From NCBI GenBank assembly GCA_951406725.2, contig OX597816.1, forward strand, positions 5,146,001-5,210,000: 64,000 nt of DNA. The letters run 5' to 3'. Every line of letters starts with the position of its first letter. Positions within the stretch are counted from its first letter, which is position 1. The notes beneath the pieces were generated by a model that made no database searches, was not told the origin of the DNA, and worked only from the letters and a program-made list of their open reading frames with translations. The position numbers and the translations under genes were made by a program. The stretch comes from Octopus vulgaris (Eukaryota). Below, in pieces: positions 1 through 11,895 of the stretch.

Positions 1-569
1 CTACACAGCTGCAACGCTAACATATAAATTACTGAACTGACCAGATACAGCGCTTTCACAAGAAAACTAGTCATGTACTTAATTAAATGAAATGATTGCT
101 ACAAGATTTTTTTTTCCATTTCCTATTTCGAATTAAACATGACAGAATGACAAGTTATGAATAGAATCTGATACAACAGGAAAAACAGACATTGTAAATT
201 ATTTAAGATATTGTTTTCATTACTGGAGAGGAAACTGGTTTCTCCATTGATAGGATAAAAAAGAAAGAGAGTACAGAAATAAATTTATATGATGTTTCTG
301 CTCACTGGTAAGGCATTCCGTTCATGATATAATACGTTGCTGGAATATCCAATTAACACAGAGTTCACAGTGTAATACCATTCCTTCTTAGAGATTCAAA
401 TTACTTTTCTGATAATTTATTGCCATTTTGTTATCAACTTAATTTTAATTCCCTTTTATAGGATGACATAGTGACATTTTGATGGAAAAGATGGCCACTA
501 ATCTTTACGTTTAATATGATACCAACATATCTGTGATGTTTGTGTCCATCTGTCTACAAACGGACCTCT

Positions 570-591
570 GTATGTGACTGTGTATGTATGA

Positions 592-622
<31 letters not shown>

Positions 623-672
623 AGTGTGTGTGTGTGTGTGTGTGTGAGCATGTTCATCTCAGTGTGCGTTTT

Positions 673-720
<48 letters not shown>

Positions 721-984
721 CATGTTCATCTCAGTGTGCGTTTTTGTGAGTGTGTGTGTGTGTGAGCATGTTCATCTCAGTGTGCGTTTTTGTGAGTGTG
801 TGTGTGTGTGAGCATGTTCATCTCAGTGTGCGTTTTTGTGACTGTGTATGTATGTGTGTGTGTGTGTGTGTGAGCATGTTCATCTCAGTGTGCGTTTTTG
901 TGACTGTGTATGTATGTGTGTATGTGTGTGAGCATGTTCATCTCAGTGTGCGTTTTTGTGAGTGTGTGTGTGTGTGTGTGCGCG

Positions 985-1018
<34 letters not shown>
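570..1018. repeat. Compound minisatellite: six copies of GAGCATGTTCATCTCAGTGTGCGTTTTTGTGA separated by variable (TG)n tracts
   Basis: Unit visible at about 646, 718, 764, 810, 872 and 930. Confidence 0.95.
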
Positions 1019-1751
1019 GCGGTTGTATTTACTCGTGGGAATATTTCAACGAACAATTTCAAATGCCAACAGAATTTAACCCATCCGCTACGAGATGCAT
1101 AATTCTCAGGCGGCCTTGCTACAGCCGGAGGTTGATGATGTTTTGCACAGTTGGCAAGTGTTTAATTAGTGAAGTGTGAAGGGTGGAAGATGACACATTT
1201 AATGGAGTCAGCAAAAGACAATATATCTAATCAATTAGAATTATATCCATAACCAAGAGAATAATTACTAACGTTAATGATAATACTTATCGTGAGGGGC
1301 AAGGGAGACCACTTGGAAGTCAAGATTGATCAAAAACAATTCAGAGTGTCAAGTAGGGTTGTTTGATTTTTGGTAAACACTCGGACACATGCATATGTTT
1401 TCCAGTCTTATGAAACCTTTTCATTAAACAATAATCTTGAGATGATAAAAACATTCACCGATTTAAGATATTAAATTAGTGGCTAGTTTGATATGTTACT
1501 CAAATTATTTCTTAAGGTGTTCAGAGAAAGATAGACTCTGTTTGGCAAACTAACCTGGATACACCTCATAAGAGATAAGGCCCTATAACTCCAAAGATCT
1601 CTGAAGCAACATATTCAACAAAAACAATAGAAAATTTCAACAGCTGAAAACAAATTAATTGTCTCTGTTGTTTAGTTTATTAATTATTATGTAATAATAA
1701 AGTATTTTGCCCGGCGTGCTAACGGTTTTGCCAGCTCACCGCCGTTACAAT

Positions 1752-1972
1752 ATTTCTTAATTGCCCACAGGGGGATAAACAAGGACAGACAAAGGGATTC
1801 AGTTGACTACATCGACTCCCAGTGTGTAACTTGGTACTTAACTTATCAACCCCGAAAGGATGAAAGGCAAAGTTGACTTCAGTGGAATTTGAACTCAGAA
1901 CGTAACAGCAGACGAAATACTGCTGCGCATTTCGCCCAGCATGCTAAAGATTCTGCCAGCTCACCACCCTAT
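1752..1972 (-). mobile_element. tRNA-derived SINE family A (A1 tail)
   Basis: Matches many copies in the window; B-box-like GAGTTCAAATTC and central CTTTCATCCTTTCGGGGTCGATAAA..GTACCAG domain on the minus strand. Confidence 0.85.
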
Positions 1973-2811
1973 TTGGTAATAATACTATATAAAAAGGATC
2001 TGATCTGTAAGTGCCAATCTGAGATGCAAACTAGAACTTATTTGGTTCTAAAACCTTTCAGCTGAGTGGGAATAGAATTATCCACAGAGGAAAATCCCTT
2101 GCTATGAAATCAAGGAAACATCTTCATCAAAGAAGGTGACATATATAAGCCATAACCATGACAATCATTTAAGTGTTCATAAGTGATGGTCATGGTCCTG
2201 TGTATGTTTAGCCACAGGTTTGCTTAATTAACTCTGACCTGTGTCCAAGTAACAAGATCGATGCCAAAATAGCAATAGCAGCCACAACGTTCATAATGAG
2301 GTTTAAGGGGTTAATGACTACGATGGTGGTGGTGGTGGTGAGGAGGAGGAGGGAGTCAAGAAGAAATACAACGATGATGACAACAATGATGATGACAATG
2401 ACAGCGGTGGAGATAATGATGATGATGTTTTTCCCTAAAAAACAGGTGTTTTAATGTATAGGCTTCCAAATAATAAAAGTTGAAAAGAAATAATTTTGGT
2501 CATTGAAAGATTCCAGCAAGACAACCATTCAAACTCATATAAGTTTATGTCAAGGTGTACCTCGTTAGCTTTCATTTATAAATTCTCTCTTCTTTAAATC
2601 TTGAGCCAAAATCCAATAATAATCTCTCCTGATTCCTTTATCCCTTTCCAATTATTTCATTTTATTAATTCTTCCAATTATTTCTCCATATTATATAAAT
2701 CACTGTTTCATAATTTCCCTAGTTATTCCTAATTTCCATAAAGCAATACATATAAGCCTACACAGCATTTTATACATATTGTAAGCCTATCAAAGATGAG
2801 CAATGTTCAGA

Positions 2812-2900
2812 AAAGGTGACCCAATGAGCAGTGAGGGAGGATGTGCTGACAGGATAATGACCAGAATTAAAATAGGGTGGGAAAAGTTTAGGGAACTTTA
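2812..2900 (+). pseudogene. RTE-clade LINE reverse transcriptase fragment
   Basis: Translates GDPMSSEGGCADRIMTRIKIGWEKFREL, resembling the RTE post-RT motif (GGC...ARI..GW.KFREL). Confidence 0.65.
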
Positions 2901-3098
2901 TTCTTTTATTCGTTTCAGTGATTTGACTGCGACCGTGCTGGAGTACAACATTTACTCGAACAAATTGACCCTAGGACTTATTCTTTGTAAGCCTAGTACT
3001 TCTTCTATCAATCTCTTTTACCAAACCGCTAAGTTACGGGGATGGAAACACACCAAAACCGGTTGTCAAGCAATGGTGGATGGGGACAAACAGAAACA
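2897..3098 (-). mobile_element. SINE family B, 3' half
   Basis: Homologous to the 3' half of the full copy at 43155-43550. Confidence 0.85.
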
Positions 3099-3239
3099 AA
3101 TTTCTGTCTTGAAGTACGAATGGAAATCCACAATACGAGCACACAAATCGTCCCATCTTTCAGGTAATTCAGTTAATAAAGCCAGTTTACATATTTCTTT
3201 TGCATTCTCTTTTTCATAATTGTCATTTTACTTGTAACG

Positions 3240-3414
3240 ACATCTTTTCTGTTTTAAAACCCATAAAAAATAATTTTGAGTGGTTTTGGGGGGCTGGAAT
3301 GGATTAATTATATTCTAGTTAATTTTAATTGGGAAAATCGATTTGTAGAATGAGTAAATCATAAGCCGAACTTGGTCATGGAACGAATTAAACTTGAACT
3401 GCGAGGTATCCCTG
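3240..3414 (+). mobile_element. Tigger/pogo-like DNA transposon 3' end
   Basis: Ends GGAACGAATTAAACTTGAACTGCGAGGTATCCCTG followed by TA, resembling Tigger termini; no matching left end seen. Confidence 0.5.
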
Positions 3415-4421
3415 TACTCAGTTTATTTGGAAATCATTTTGACATAATCGGTAGAGTGATGGACAAACTATACCGTGTGGTATTTATTTGCATATCTGTA
3501 TGTTCTAAGTTCAAATCTTACAAAGGTTGACTTTACCATTGAACTGGTAAAATAACGTCCCAGTCATATACAAGTGGAACTGACAATAATCAACACGCAA
3601 ATTTGAAACGTTAAAGTCTGTTAAGAACCAATATTTGTATAAATAATTCTCAAAAACTGGAATTCTAAAGTTCATGTTCACTTGCTTCCACCTTTCATTG
3701 TTCAGAATTAAAATCCAACAAAATGATGACACTACATTTTATCTGCTCAAACGAAGCCTCAGGTACTTAATTTACACCTGAGGATTTGCAGGTGGGTTTT
3801 ATTTTCCAATACTGGTGATACTTTTTGCATTAAGAAAACCATTTAATCTTATTCAATTTATCTCTAAGTAGAATTGGCAAAGATAAAAAGAAGTGGCTGG
3901 GTAAAGCGATTGATGAGGTGATTTATAAAACTGAGATGATAGCATTCCATAAAAAAGAAAGAAAGAAGAAAAATAAAACTCCAATACAGAAAATTCTGAC
4001 TGGCAGGAATATATATTCTCATTCAATGATACTTCTACTTTGACATTTACCAGAATATTTCCAAAGAACAGAAACTAAAAGTTTAATACTTTTAACCTTT
4101 TAGCTATTTTTATTTTCCACTGTTTAAAATTTTTTTCTTGGTTCCTGAAGAGGAACGGCATATTATTGGAGAAATCATTTTAACAACAGGATATTCTTCC
4201 TACCATGGACTCTTTAATAACCAAGTGGCAGCAGAGACAATATATTCTATCTTTTTTTACAATCCCATTGATATATCAAGTAATTCATCTATGGCAATTT
4301 TTTAAACTCATGTTGAGCCCTGAGCCCTTTCTGGGGTCTGCACTCTTATTCAGTGCCTTTTATAAATTTATATATCTATATATGACCAACACTCCGGATA
4401 GTGAGTTTGCAAAATTTGTAA

Positions 4422-4500
4422 CCCTTTAGCATTCAGATTGCTCTGCCAAATACAATGCTTTTTTTATTCACATTGTATTGACTTAATCAGGCATTATCTC
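4422..4500 (+). mobile_element. piggyBac-type MITE, truncated
   Basis: Starts (G)TAA-CCCTTTAGCATTCAGATT; homologous to 25741-25956 (reverse) and 30540-31005; cut off by the rDNA insert. Confidence 0.7.
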
Positions 4501-4508
4501 TTAAATTC

Positions 4509-4657
4509 ACTTTTACTTCCTCTAAGCGATCGGGTTCGGTCGTCTTCTCCGGGCCATCAGAGAACGCGCAGAGAACGACGGCGCGGAACGCCGCCGCGCG
4601 TAAGCGGACTCGTCGGCCAGATCTGAGGACCTCATCGGACCGTTCGACCGGTAGTAA

Positions 4658-4689
<32 letters not shown>

Positions 4690-5155
4690 GATCGACGCGG
4701 GCTGATGACCTGCGCCTACCGGGAATTCCTCGTTCACGGGGTTGGTTCCAGGTCCCGATCCCTATCACGGGATGTGGTTCAGAAGTTTACCGACCCTCTC
4801 GGGCCGGGGGAGACGCGGCCCCGGACATCTAAGGGTATCACAGACCTGTTATCGCTCCGTCTCGTGCAGCTTTCTGCCGCCCGTCCCTCTGAGAAGCGTT
4901 GCATTCGCTAACCGATTGGCCCGGACGCGAGGCGTGCCGCTGCCGGGCTCACGTGGGGCGAGCCGACCGGGTCACCGCCGCCGCTCCGCAACCGACGCCG
5001 CAACCACGCCGCGACTGCCCCGCGAGGGGGCGGCAGCCGGACGCGGCCGTAGCGCCGGACGCGGCCGTAGCGCCGGACGCGGCCGTAGCGCCGGACGCGA
5101 AGGAGAGCGGCGGCAACGGCAAGCCCGGGCCGCGCGCGGAGCTACCGACGACGGA
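4509..5155 (-). pseudogene. Orphan 18S rRNA fragment (V7 expansion to near the 3' end)
   Basis: Reverse complements of universal SSU motifs: GACGGGCGGTGTGTACAAAGGGCAGGGAC, GGACATCTAAGGGTATCACAGACCTGTTAT, ACTTTTACTTCCTCTA; abrupt GC-rich island; lacks the conserved GCGCGCTACACTG segment near 4813. Confidence 0.93.
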
Positions 5156-5240
5156 TTATGTGTGTGTGTATGTGTGTGGATACATGTGTGAGTGAGGTTT
5201 GTAAGAGGAGATAAGCATACAATATGTCACCTTTCAGGCT

Positions 5241-5308
5241 CTCCAGCCTTCATCAGGTGTCTTAGGGAAATTTTAAACCTGGATTCTCATTCCTAAGGTA
5301 TTTTTCGA

Positions 5309-5361
<53 letters not shown>

Positions 5362-5532
5362 GTATTATCATTACTATTATTACATCGAAAAATAGCTTAG
5401 GAATGAGAACCCAAGTTCGAAATTTCCCCAAGATACCTGATGAAGGCTGGAGGGTATATCAGCCGAAACGTTGTGTTAACAATAAACAAGATTAGGACAA
5501 ATATCCGTCAAGTGTAAATAATGTAAATAATG
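5241..5532. mobile_element. Family D palindromic hammerhead element, copy 1 (centre deleted, left arm truncated)
   Basis: 5241-5311 is the reverse complement of about 5382-5452; the arms are separated by (TTA)n. Confidence 0.85.
5432..5477 (+). ncRNA. Minimal type I hammerhead ribozyme (intact core)
   Basis: GAUAC-CUGAUGA-A-GGCUG(loop)CAGCC-GAAAC-GUU-GUGUU; stem I GAUAC/GUGUU, stem II GGCUG/CAGCC, palindromic AACGUU stem III; predicted cut after 5472. Confidence 0.8.
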
Positions 5533-7044
5533 AAGTTGGATTATGTTCAGAACCATGACTGGTTTCATAATCATAAGAGTATATATACATAGTTATGACG
5601 TTATAATTTCAACACTAATAACACTGCACGTCAATCTAGGTTGGTTTTTAAGCAAAAATATTGCATGTGCAAGGAACGACTTTATTGAAACATTTATCAA
5701 GTATCAATCAACATTTATGTGCAAATGAAAAAAGTCTGATTGATTTTATTGTCAGGAAAAATGGAGGAAATTTAATTTAAATTTAAGATAAAAATATTAA
5801 GTAAGCTTAAATTTATTTTCCTAAAAAATATAAAAATAAGCAATCCACCAATTTAGATTTAAGCAAAGAAGAAATTGAAAGCGACTCCCAATATCCTATT
5901 AAGAAGCTACTAAAATTGTAGAGCAATCTAAAAATATTTTTTTTTCTTTTTATAATGAAATACTCATTCACTTTGTCTAAGTGCAAAATTGAAAAGTGTC
6001 ATTACAGTAATTTGAACTTTGTGTTTGAGACAAAAATTCTTTAGAACATTTTGATGTTAATATTTAGATAAGTACTCAAGAATAGAAAAATGTTGAAAAA
6101 AGAAAAAAAGATGTATCCAGATTTAGCTTCACTCAATAATCTTGAGGGAAATATTGTGAATTAAAAATGTAAATAAAGAAGTAGAATAATGAAATCGTAT
6201 TTTTTAAAAATCAAATCTAAATATATTTATTTCAGAAAATAGAAATTAAAAAAGATAAATAATTAAACAAACATAGTACTGAATCTTTAAATGACTTCTA
6301 TGAAGACGGAATAGATTTAGTTGAGTTAAAAGTCATCCTTAAACTAAGAATAACGCCTAATGAATAAAGATTGAAACATTTAGAATTGTGAAAATTTTGA
6401 AAAACCAATAATTGAATATACGCAATATTATTTCCTTTCTTTATTGCTTGTGCTATTATTTGTGTGTGTGTGTATAAATGTGTGAGTGAGGTTTGTAAGA
6501 GGAGATAAGCATGCAATATGTCACCTTTCCGGCTCTCTGGTTCCTCATCAAATGCAGGTCTATGAACGAATTCAATTTAGTTCACAAAACTGTTCAATTA
6601 TCAAGAGACCTCTTTTTATTGACTTGAAAGACTACTCATTATTTGGGGTTAACTGGATTAAACTAGTCAAAATCTGTCCTTACAAAGCTCAACAATCCCA
6701 CCCCCATTCTCTTGCTCTCTCTCTCTCTCTCTCTTTCTCAGGACCTATCCCAATACATACAGAAATACGTGACAATGCATCCTATTCTTAATAAGAAAAA
6801 CTTTTCTCACTCTACCAATCACCACCAACATCACCATCACCCCCATCATCTTCAACACTGCAAATGTGATGGAAAGGATCATAAAACCTACCTTTGTCAT
6901 CATTTGAAATTCTCTCACTTTTTAGTGTCTAGCAGCACAAGAATTTCTGGAGAAATGCTCTCCTATGTTCCATGTTCATGGTTTCTATCTTTTGGAATTT
7001 CGAGGTAAGAATTGCTATTACCTTTATCATGTATAAAGTGCCTA

Positions 7045-7280
7045 TGCTTGTGTCACGTATAAAGCATCCATGCTGGTGCCACCTGGAAAGCACTGATGCT
7101 GATGTCATGTAAAAAGCACTCAGCACGTTCTGTAAAGTTGTTGGCATTAGGAAGGGTATCAAGTGATAAAAAATATGCCAAAACCGACAATTGGAGCCTG
7201 GCACAAATTTCTCACTTGCCAACCCCTGTCAAACCATCCAACCCTCACCAGCATGCAAAATAGACATTTAATAGTGGTGA
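7045..7280 (+). mobile_element. RTE LINE 3' UTR/tail fragment (family C)
   Basis: Homologous to the terminal part of the RTE copy at 48925-50003 (GGCATTAGGAAGGG..AACCATCCAACCC..GCATG). Confidence 0.75.
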
Positions 7281-7284
7281 TGAT

Positions 7285-7780
7285 TATCACTAAAGCCTTC
7301 AACCGGGCTTGGCTTGAAAACATCTTAGCTTGGTCACTGGCCAGTGATGAGCTTTGTCTGTGTTTCTATGTTTCGTATCTTTCATGATCATGTTTCCTGT
7401 CCAGGCTCAGATAAAATGTTGAATCCTGTCCAGTGGCCTACCTACTGACCATTCACACAATTTTCTGATCAGGTGTCGGCAACTGTGCCGTTATACAAAC
7501 AAACATTTTATTCTGTAGCTAAAACACTTTAACCATTGATTCCAAGAAATCTTGTTTCTGTTCATCTTTTCCTACAAAGTTTCATTTTCCCCAACCGTGC
7601 AAGGGACAAGGACCATGCATTTACAAGTCCTACACCCAGGACCATTAGATCCACCCTTTTCTCCTCTTTTCATTCATAAGGTTTCACATTCTTCAAACCC
7701 TGTCGTAAACATTGTACCAAACTTTTTTCTTCCTAGAATATGAATCTTCTCGAACTCTGTAACTGTACTTATAATGCAGT
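7285..7780 (+). pseudogene. Possible highly decayed LINE RT remnant
   Basis: ITKAFNRAWLENIL resembles the RT motif DxxKAFDRVWH; NFFLPR near 7720 resembles the SFFPR C-terminal motif. Confidence 0.35.
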
Positions 7781-8204
7781 TCTAGACACGGACAAATTTC
7801 CTTCCTTCCTCTCTGATAAATTAATTGAAGGAGATGTCTTGCTATGGACGCCATTTGTTTTTCTTATCACAATATATACTTCAGATAAGAGATCACTTGA
7901 TCAATGTCTACCAAATGTTGCTTCCGTAAGATGATGAATATTGGTCAATTACTGCAAATGTCTGCAGAAATTTTAAGAAGAAAAGAAATAAGAAAAGGAA
8001 AACTACACATTCTATGAAAGTCTTCTAAATTATATTTTCCAATTATAAGAAAAGATCTGCTTTATAAAATGCTTAATTTAGTTACTGCAGGTTATGTCAT
8101 GCTGACAGTTTTTAATAAGAATGAAATGGCACTATACCTGATTACATAAGTCTAGAAATTTTTTAATCTCTGTAATGAGTAAGAAAAATATTTGATAAGG
8201 TTCA

Positions 8205-8405
8205 TGCTTGGCTATGTGGTAAGAAGCTTGCTTCCCAACCACATGGTTCTGGGTTCAGTCCCACTGTGTGCCACATTGGGAAAATGTCTTCTACTATAGC
8301 CATGGGCAGACCAAAGCCTTATGTGTGAATTTGATGGACAGAAACTGGAAGAAGCCTGTCATATGTGCGTGCATGCATACATGTGTGTGTCTTTGTGTGT
8401 GTGTA

Positions 8406-8439
<34 letters not shown>

Positions 8440-8610
8440 TGCCCACCACTGCTTGACAAATGGTGCTGGTTTCTTTACATCCTGCAACTTAGGGTTCAGC
8501 AAAAGGAGACCAATAGAATAAATGGCAGGCTTAGAAGTAAATATTGGGGTCCATTTGTATGACTAAAACTCCAGCCTGGCCATAGTCCAGTAACTGAAAC
8601 ATGTAAAAGA
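8205..8610 (+). mobile_element. SINE family B (diverged) with internal (TG)n
   Basis: tRNA-like head TGGCTATGTGGTAAG..GGTTCAGTCCC; homology to other B copies. Confidence 0.85.
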
Positions 8611-8787
8611 ATAGAAGAATGAACAAATATCTTATAATTTTCTTCCTTTCCTTTGATTTATCCTTCTAATCCTTCTAATCCAGCCATGATTTATCTAGAA
8701 ATGATTATCTCCTTTGAAATTATTATTTCCCTTAAAATCGATAAAGCATTGGGCACTGAGTCTTGTAAACTTATTTAGAGTTATTAT

Positions 8788-9147
8788 GGGACTCCATTGG
8801 TTACGACGATGAGGGTTCCGGTTGATCCGATCAAAGGAAAAGCCTGCTCAGGAAATTATAATGTAAGTGGCTGAGTACTCCACAGACATGTGTATCCTTA
8901 ACTTAGTTCTCAGGGTAACAGAATACAGAATGGAACAAAGTTAACAGGATACAAAGTAACAGGATACAGAATGGAACAAAGTTAACCCCTTTGAATAACA
9001 GGAACTCCTCACTTTTGCCAGTTGAATGGACTGGAGTAATAGGAAATAGAGTCTCTTGCTCAAGGACACAATGTGTCACTGGGAATCGAACTCACAACCT
9101 TACAATCATGAACTGAATACCTTGTCCATTAAGCCAGGTGATTTCAC
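8788..9147 (-). mobile_element. tRNA-derived SINE family E
   Basis: Homologous to 18082-18455; B box GAGTTCGATTCCC on the minus strand; small internal duplication at 8915-8985. Confidence 0.8.
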
Positions 9148-9269
9148 TTGTATTTCAGTGGAAATACACCTGGTCAACAAGTTATCATTGACATGGCCTT
9201 TATTACCTCAAAACATTATTTTTCTTCTCACTCCCCTTAACATCAATATATTTTTATTTCTCTCCCTTC

Positions 9270-9490
9270 ATCCATTCCCTTATCCTATTCCCTTCATCCA
9301 TTCCCTTATTTTTTTCCCTTCATCCATTCCCTTATTCCATTCCCTTATTTTTTTCCCTTAATCCATTCCCTTACTCCATTCCCTTATTCTATTCCCTAAT
9401 TCTATTCCCTTACTCCATTCCCTTACTCCATTCCCTTACTCTATTCCCTTACTCCATTCCCTTATTCCATTCCCTTATTCCATCCCTTTA
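9270..9490. repeat. 13-bp minisatellite (CCATTCCCTTAYT)n
   Basis: Direct inspection. Confidence 0.9.
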
Positions 9491-10159
9491 ATCCAACAAC
9501 GGACTCATTTGTCTAAAATTCCTACATATCATTCGAAATTATAAATTTCATCCAAATTTGTTTCGGCTGAGTCATTAAGTTTGTTTTCAACCTTCGCAAG
9601 GAAGTTCACCTGACAACCAATGCTATCACCTTTGATTGATGTTTCATTTCAGTTCTTTTACATTTTTTTTTTTCATTTTTCATAGAAAATTTCCTCTGAA
9701 ATATTTATTGTATCACAGTTTTCCTCAACTTCCTTTCTTGCAGAATGAGTCAGGAAGAAGCAAAAGAAGAGAATTGCATAACAAAAGCTATTCCAATAAA
9801 AACAAACGGGAAAAGTTTCACTAAACAATACAAATCATGATATTCAAACACGATCTGTTATTATCGAAGTCTCACTTCAGCACCGGCACCATCTTTTTGC
9901 CTAGGAATGGCATTTTTCAGGATGAAACTCTTATTCAGCAGATGAAACAAAGACCAAATTGAAAACACCTCCACATTGGCAAAAAAAGCAAACAACAAGC
10001 AAAACAGGTTGTAAAATGTGTTTAAGTTGTTAATTCAGAACAACTGAAGACGAAAGTGAACCAGGGATTCTATCCAGATCAGAAACAGCAGCCAAATCAA
10101 CGCCGTCACAGTTAATTGAAGGGCATAATAGGGAAGAAAGAAATTTTAATTATTTAAAC

Positions 10160-10530
10160 AGGCGCAGGAGTGGCTGTGTGGTAAGTAGCTTGCTAACCAA
10201 CCACATGGTTCCGGGTTCAGTCCCACTGCGTGGCATCTTGGGCAAGTGTCTTCTACTATAGCCCCGGGCCGACCAATGCCTTGTGAGTGGATTTGGTAGA
10301 CGGAAACTGAAAGAAGCCTGTCGTGTATATGTATGTATATATATATATATGTATGCGTGTGTATATGTTTGTGTTTCTGTGTTTGTCACCCTAGCATTGC
10401 TTGACAACAGATGCTGGTGTGTTTACGTCCCCGTCACTTAGCGTTTCGGCAAAAGAGACCAATGGAATAAGTACTAGGCTTACAAAGAATAAGTCCCGGG
10501 GTAAAAGAATAAGTCCCGGAGTAAAAGAGT
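10160..10530 (+). mobile_element. SINE family B
   Basis: Near-identical to 43155-43550; tRNA head, CTTGGGCAAGT CORE-like motif, internal (TA)/(TG) tract. Confidence 0.9.
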
Positions 10531-10554
10531 AAGAGTAAACAGCTGAGTTGCAGG

Positions 10555-10810
10555 CATCATCATCATCATCATGATTTAGCATTCGTTGTCCATGTTGGCA
10601 TGGGTTGGACGGTTTGACCAGGGCAGCACTAGTCTCCAGTCTGATTTAGCATAATTTCTACTGCCGGAGCGCTTCCTAACACCAACCACTCCAAGAGTGT
10701 AATGGGTGCTTTTACGTGTGCCACCAGTATAGGTGCCATTTGCGTGACACCAGTATCTGCCATGACAGCAATTTTCCTTGACTTGATGGGCCCTCTGCTC
10801 GTGCACGACA
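10555..10810 (-). mobile_element. RTE 3' tail fragment (family C) with (GAT)n end
   Basis: Homology to 48925-49150. Confidence 0.8.
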
Positions 10811-10814
10811 TGAT

Positions 10815-11028
10815 CCTTTCTACTCTAGGCACAAGGCCTGAAATTTGGGGGGAGGGAGCCTGTAAATTAGATCGACTCCAGTACACAACTGGTACTTAAT
10901 ATATGACCCCAAAAGGATGAAAGGCAAAGTCAACCTCCATGGAATTTGAACTCATAACATAAAGACAGATGAAATACTGCTAAGCATTTACCCCGGCATG
11001 CTAAAGATTCTGCCAGCACGCCGCCTTC
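10815..11028 (-). mobile_element. SINE family A (A2 tail)
   Basis: Shares head and central domain with A1; alternative tail ..AAATTTCAGGCCTTGTGCCTAGAGTAGAAAG. Confidence 0.85.
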
Positions 11029-11466
11029 AAGCATGTCATAATGCCAGTGGTCTTGCTCATTTTCCCCATGAGACCCAACACTCGAAAGGAGCTTTTCATG
11101 TGCCACCAGCATCAGCCACTTTGCCTCAGTGAGGCCCTTTGTTCCCAACCCACATGGCTTCGGGTTCATTCCCCCTGTGCCACATTTTGGCTGGGTGTCT
11201 TCTGCAATACCCCACAGAACACTAGTTGTTGCATGTTTTTAAACCTCACAACAGAAACTGTCATTGCTAGGGATGTTCAATGAGTACCTGTTTTGCAAGG
11301 CCTTGGATAGAAAAAATACCTTACAGTATATATATGTGTGTGTATGTGTGTACCCACAAATCAATGCACATAAAGAAAGCATTCAGATTTCCAGAACATC
11401 ATGGTTACGCATTGATTCAGTTTTGTATATATATATAGAAACATATACATTATATATATATATATT

Positions 11467-11886
11467 AAAATAAGGAAGAGGAAATCAAGTAGTGATGCAG
11501 TACAACTGTTTCAAGCAGCTCCATTTAATTGAACAATGCAACCATTACATCAATTTAAATGCAGTGCAATCTTCAGCTGCACAATTAAATAAATGGAATT
11601 TTAACAAGTAGGACACATTAATATAATTTTTCTTAAATATTTTAATAGAGTAAGAAGATGAAAGAAATTCATGCTGTCGCCATTGTAGCTAAGAACAGAC
11701 AACAATTTCTAAGAATTGCATGGAGCATGATGGGGTCATAGGGTTAAATTCCATTTAATTATTTGTGCAGCTGAAGATAGCACTGCATTTAAATTGTAAA
11801 TTGATGTAATGATTGCATTGTTCAATTAAATGGAGCTGCTCGAAACGGTTGTACTGCATCACTACTTGATATCCTCTTCCTTATTT
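11467..11886. mobile_element. Inverted-repeat element with a hammerhead in each arm (Penelope-like pLTR pair)
   Basis: 11467-11601 is the reverse complement of about 11746-11886; the left end abuts (TA)n. Confidence 0.75.
11765..11859 (+). ncRNA. Type I hammerhead with extended stem II (second copy 11495-11582, minus strand)
   Basis: GUGCAG-CUGAAGA-[long hairpin]-GAAAC-GGUU-GUA-CUGCAU; stem I GUGCAG/CUGCAU. Confidence 0.7.
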
Positions 11887-11895
11887 TGATTTTAT

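Noticed and set aside
570-1018. CRISPR-like repeat/spacer pattern
   Set aside because: Spacers are only (TG)n of varying length; eukaryotic context; no cas genes
4438-5195. GC-rich ORFs or CpG-island promoter
   Set aside because: Explained by the 18S rDNA fragment
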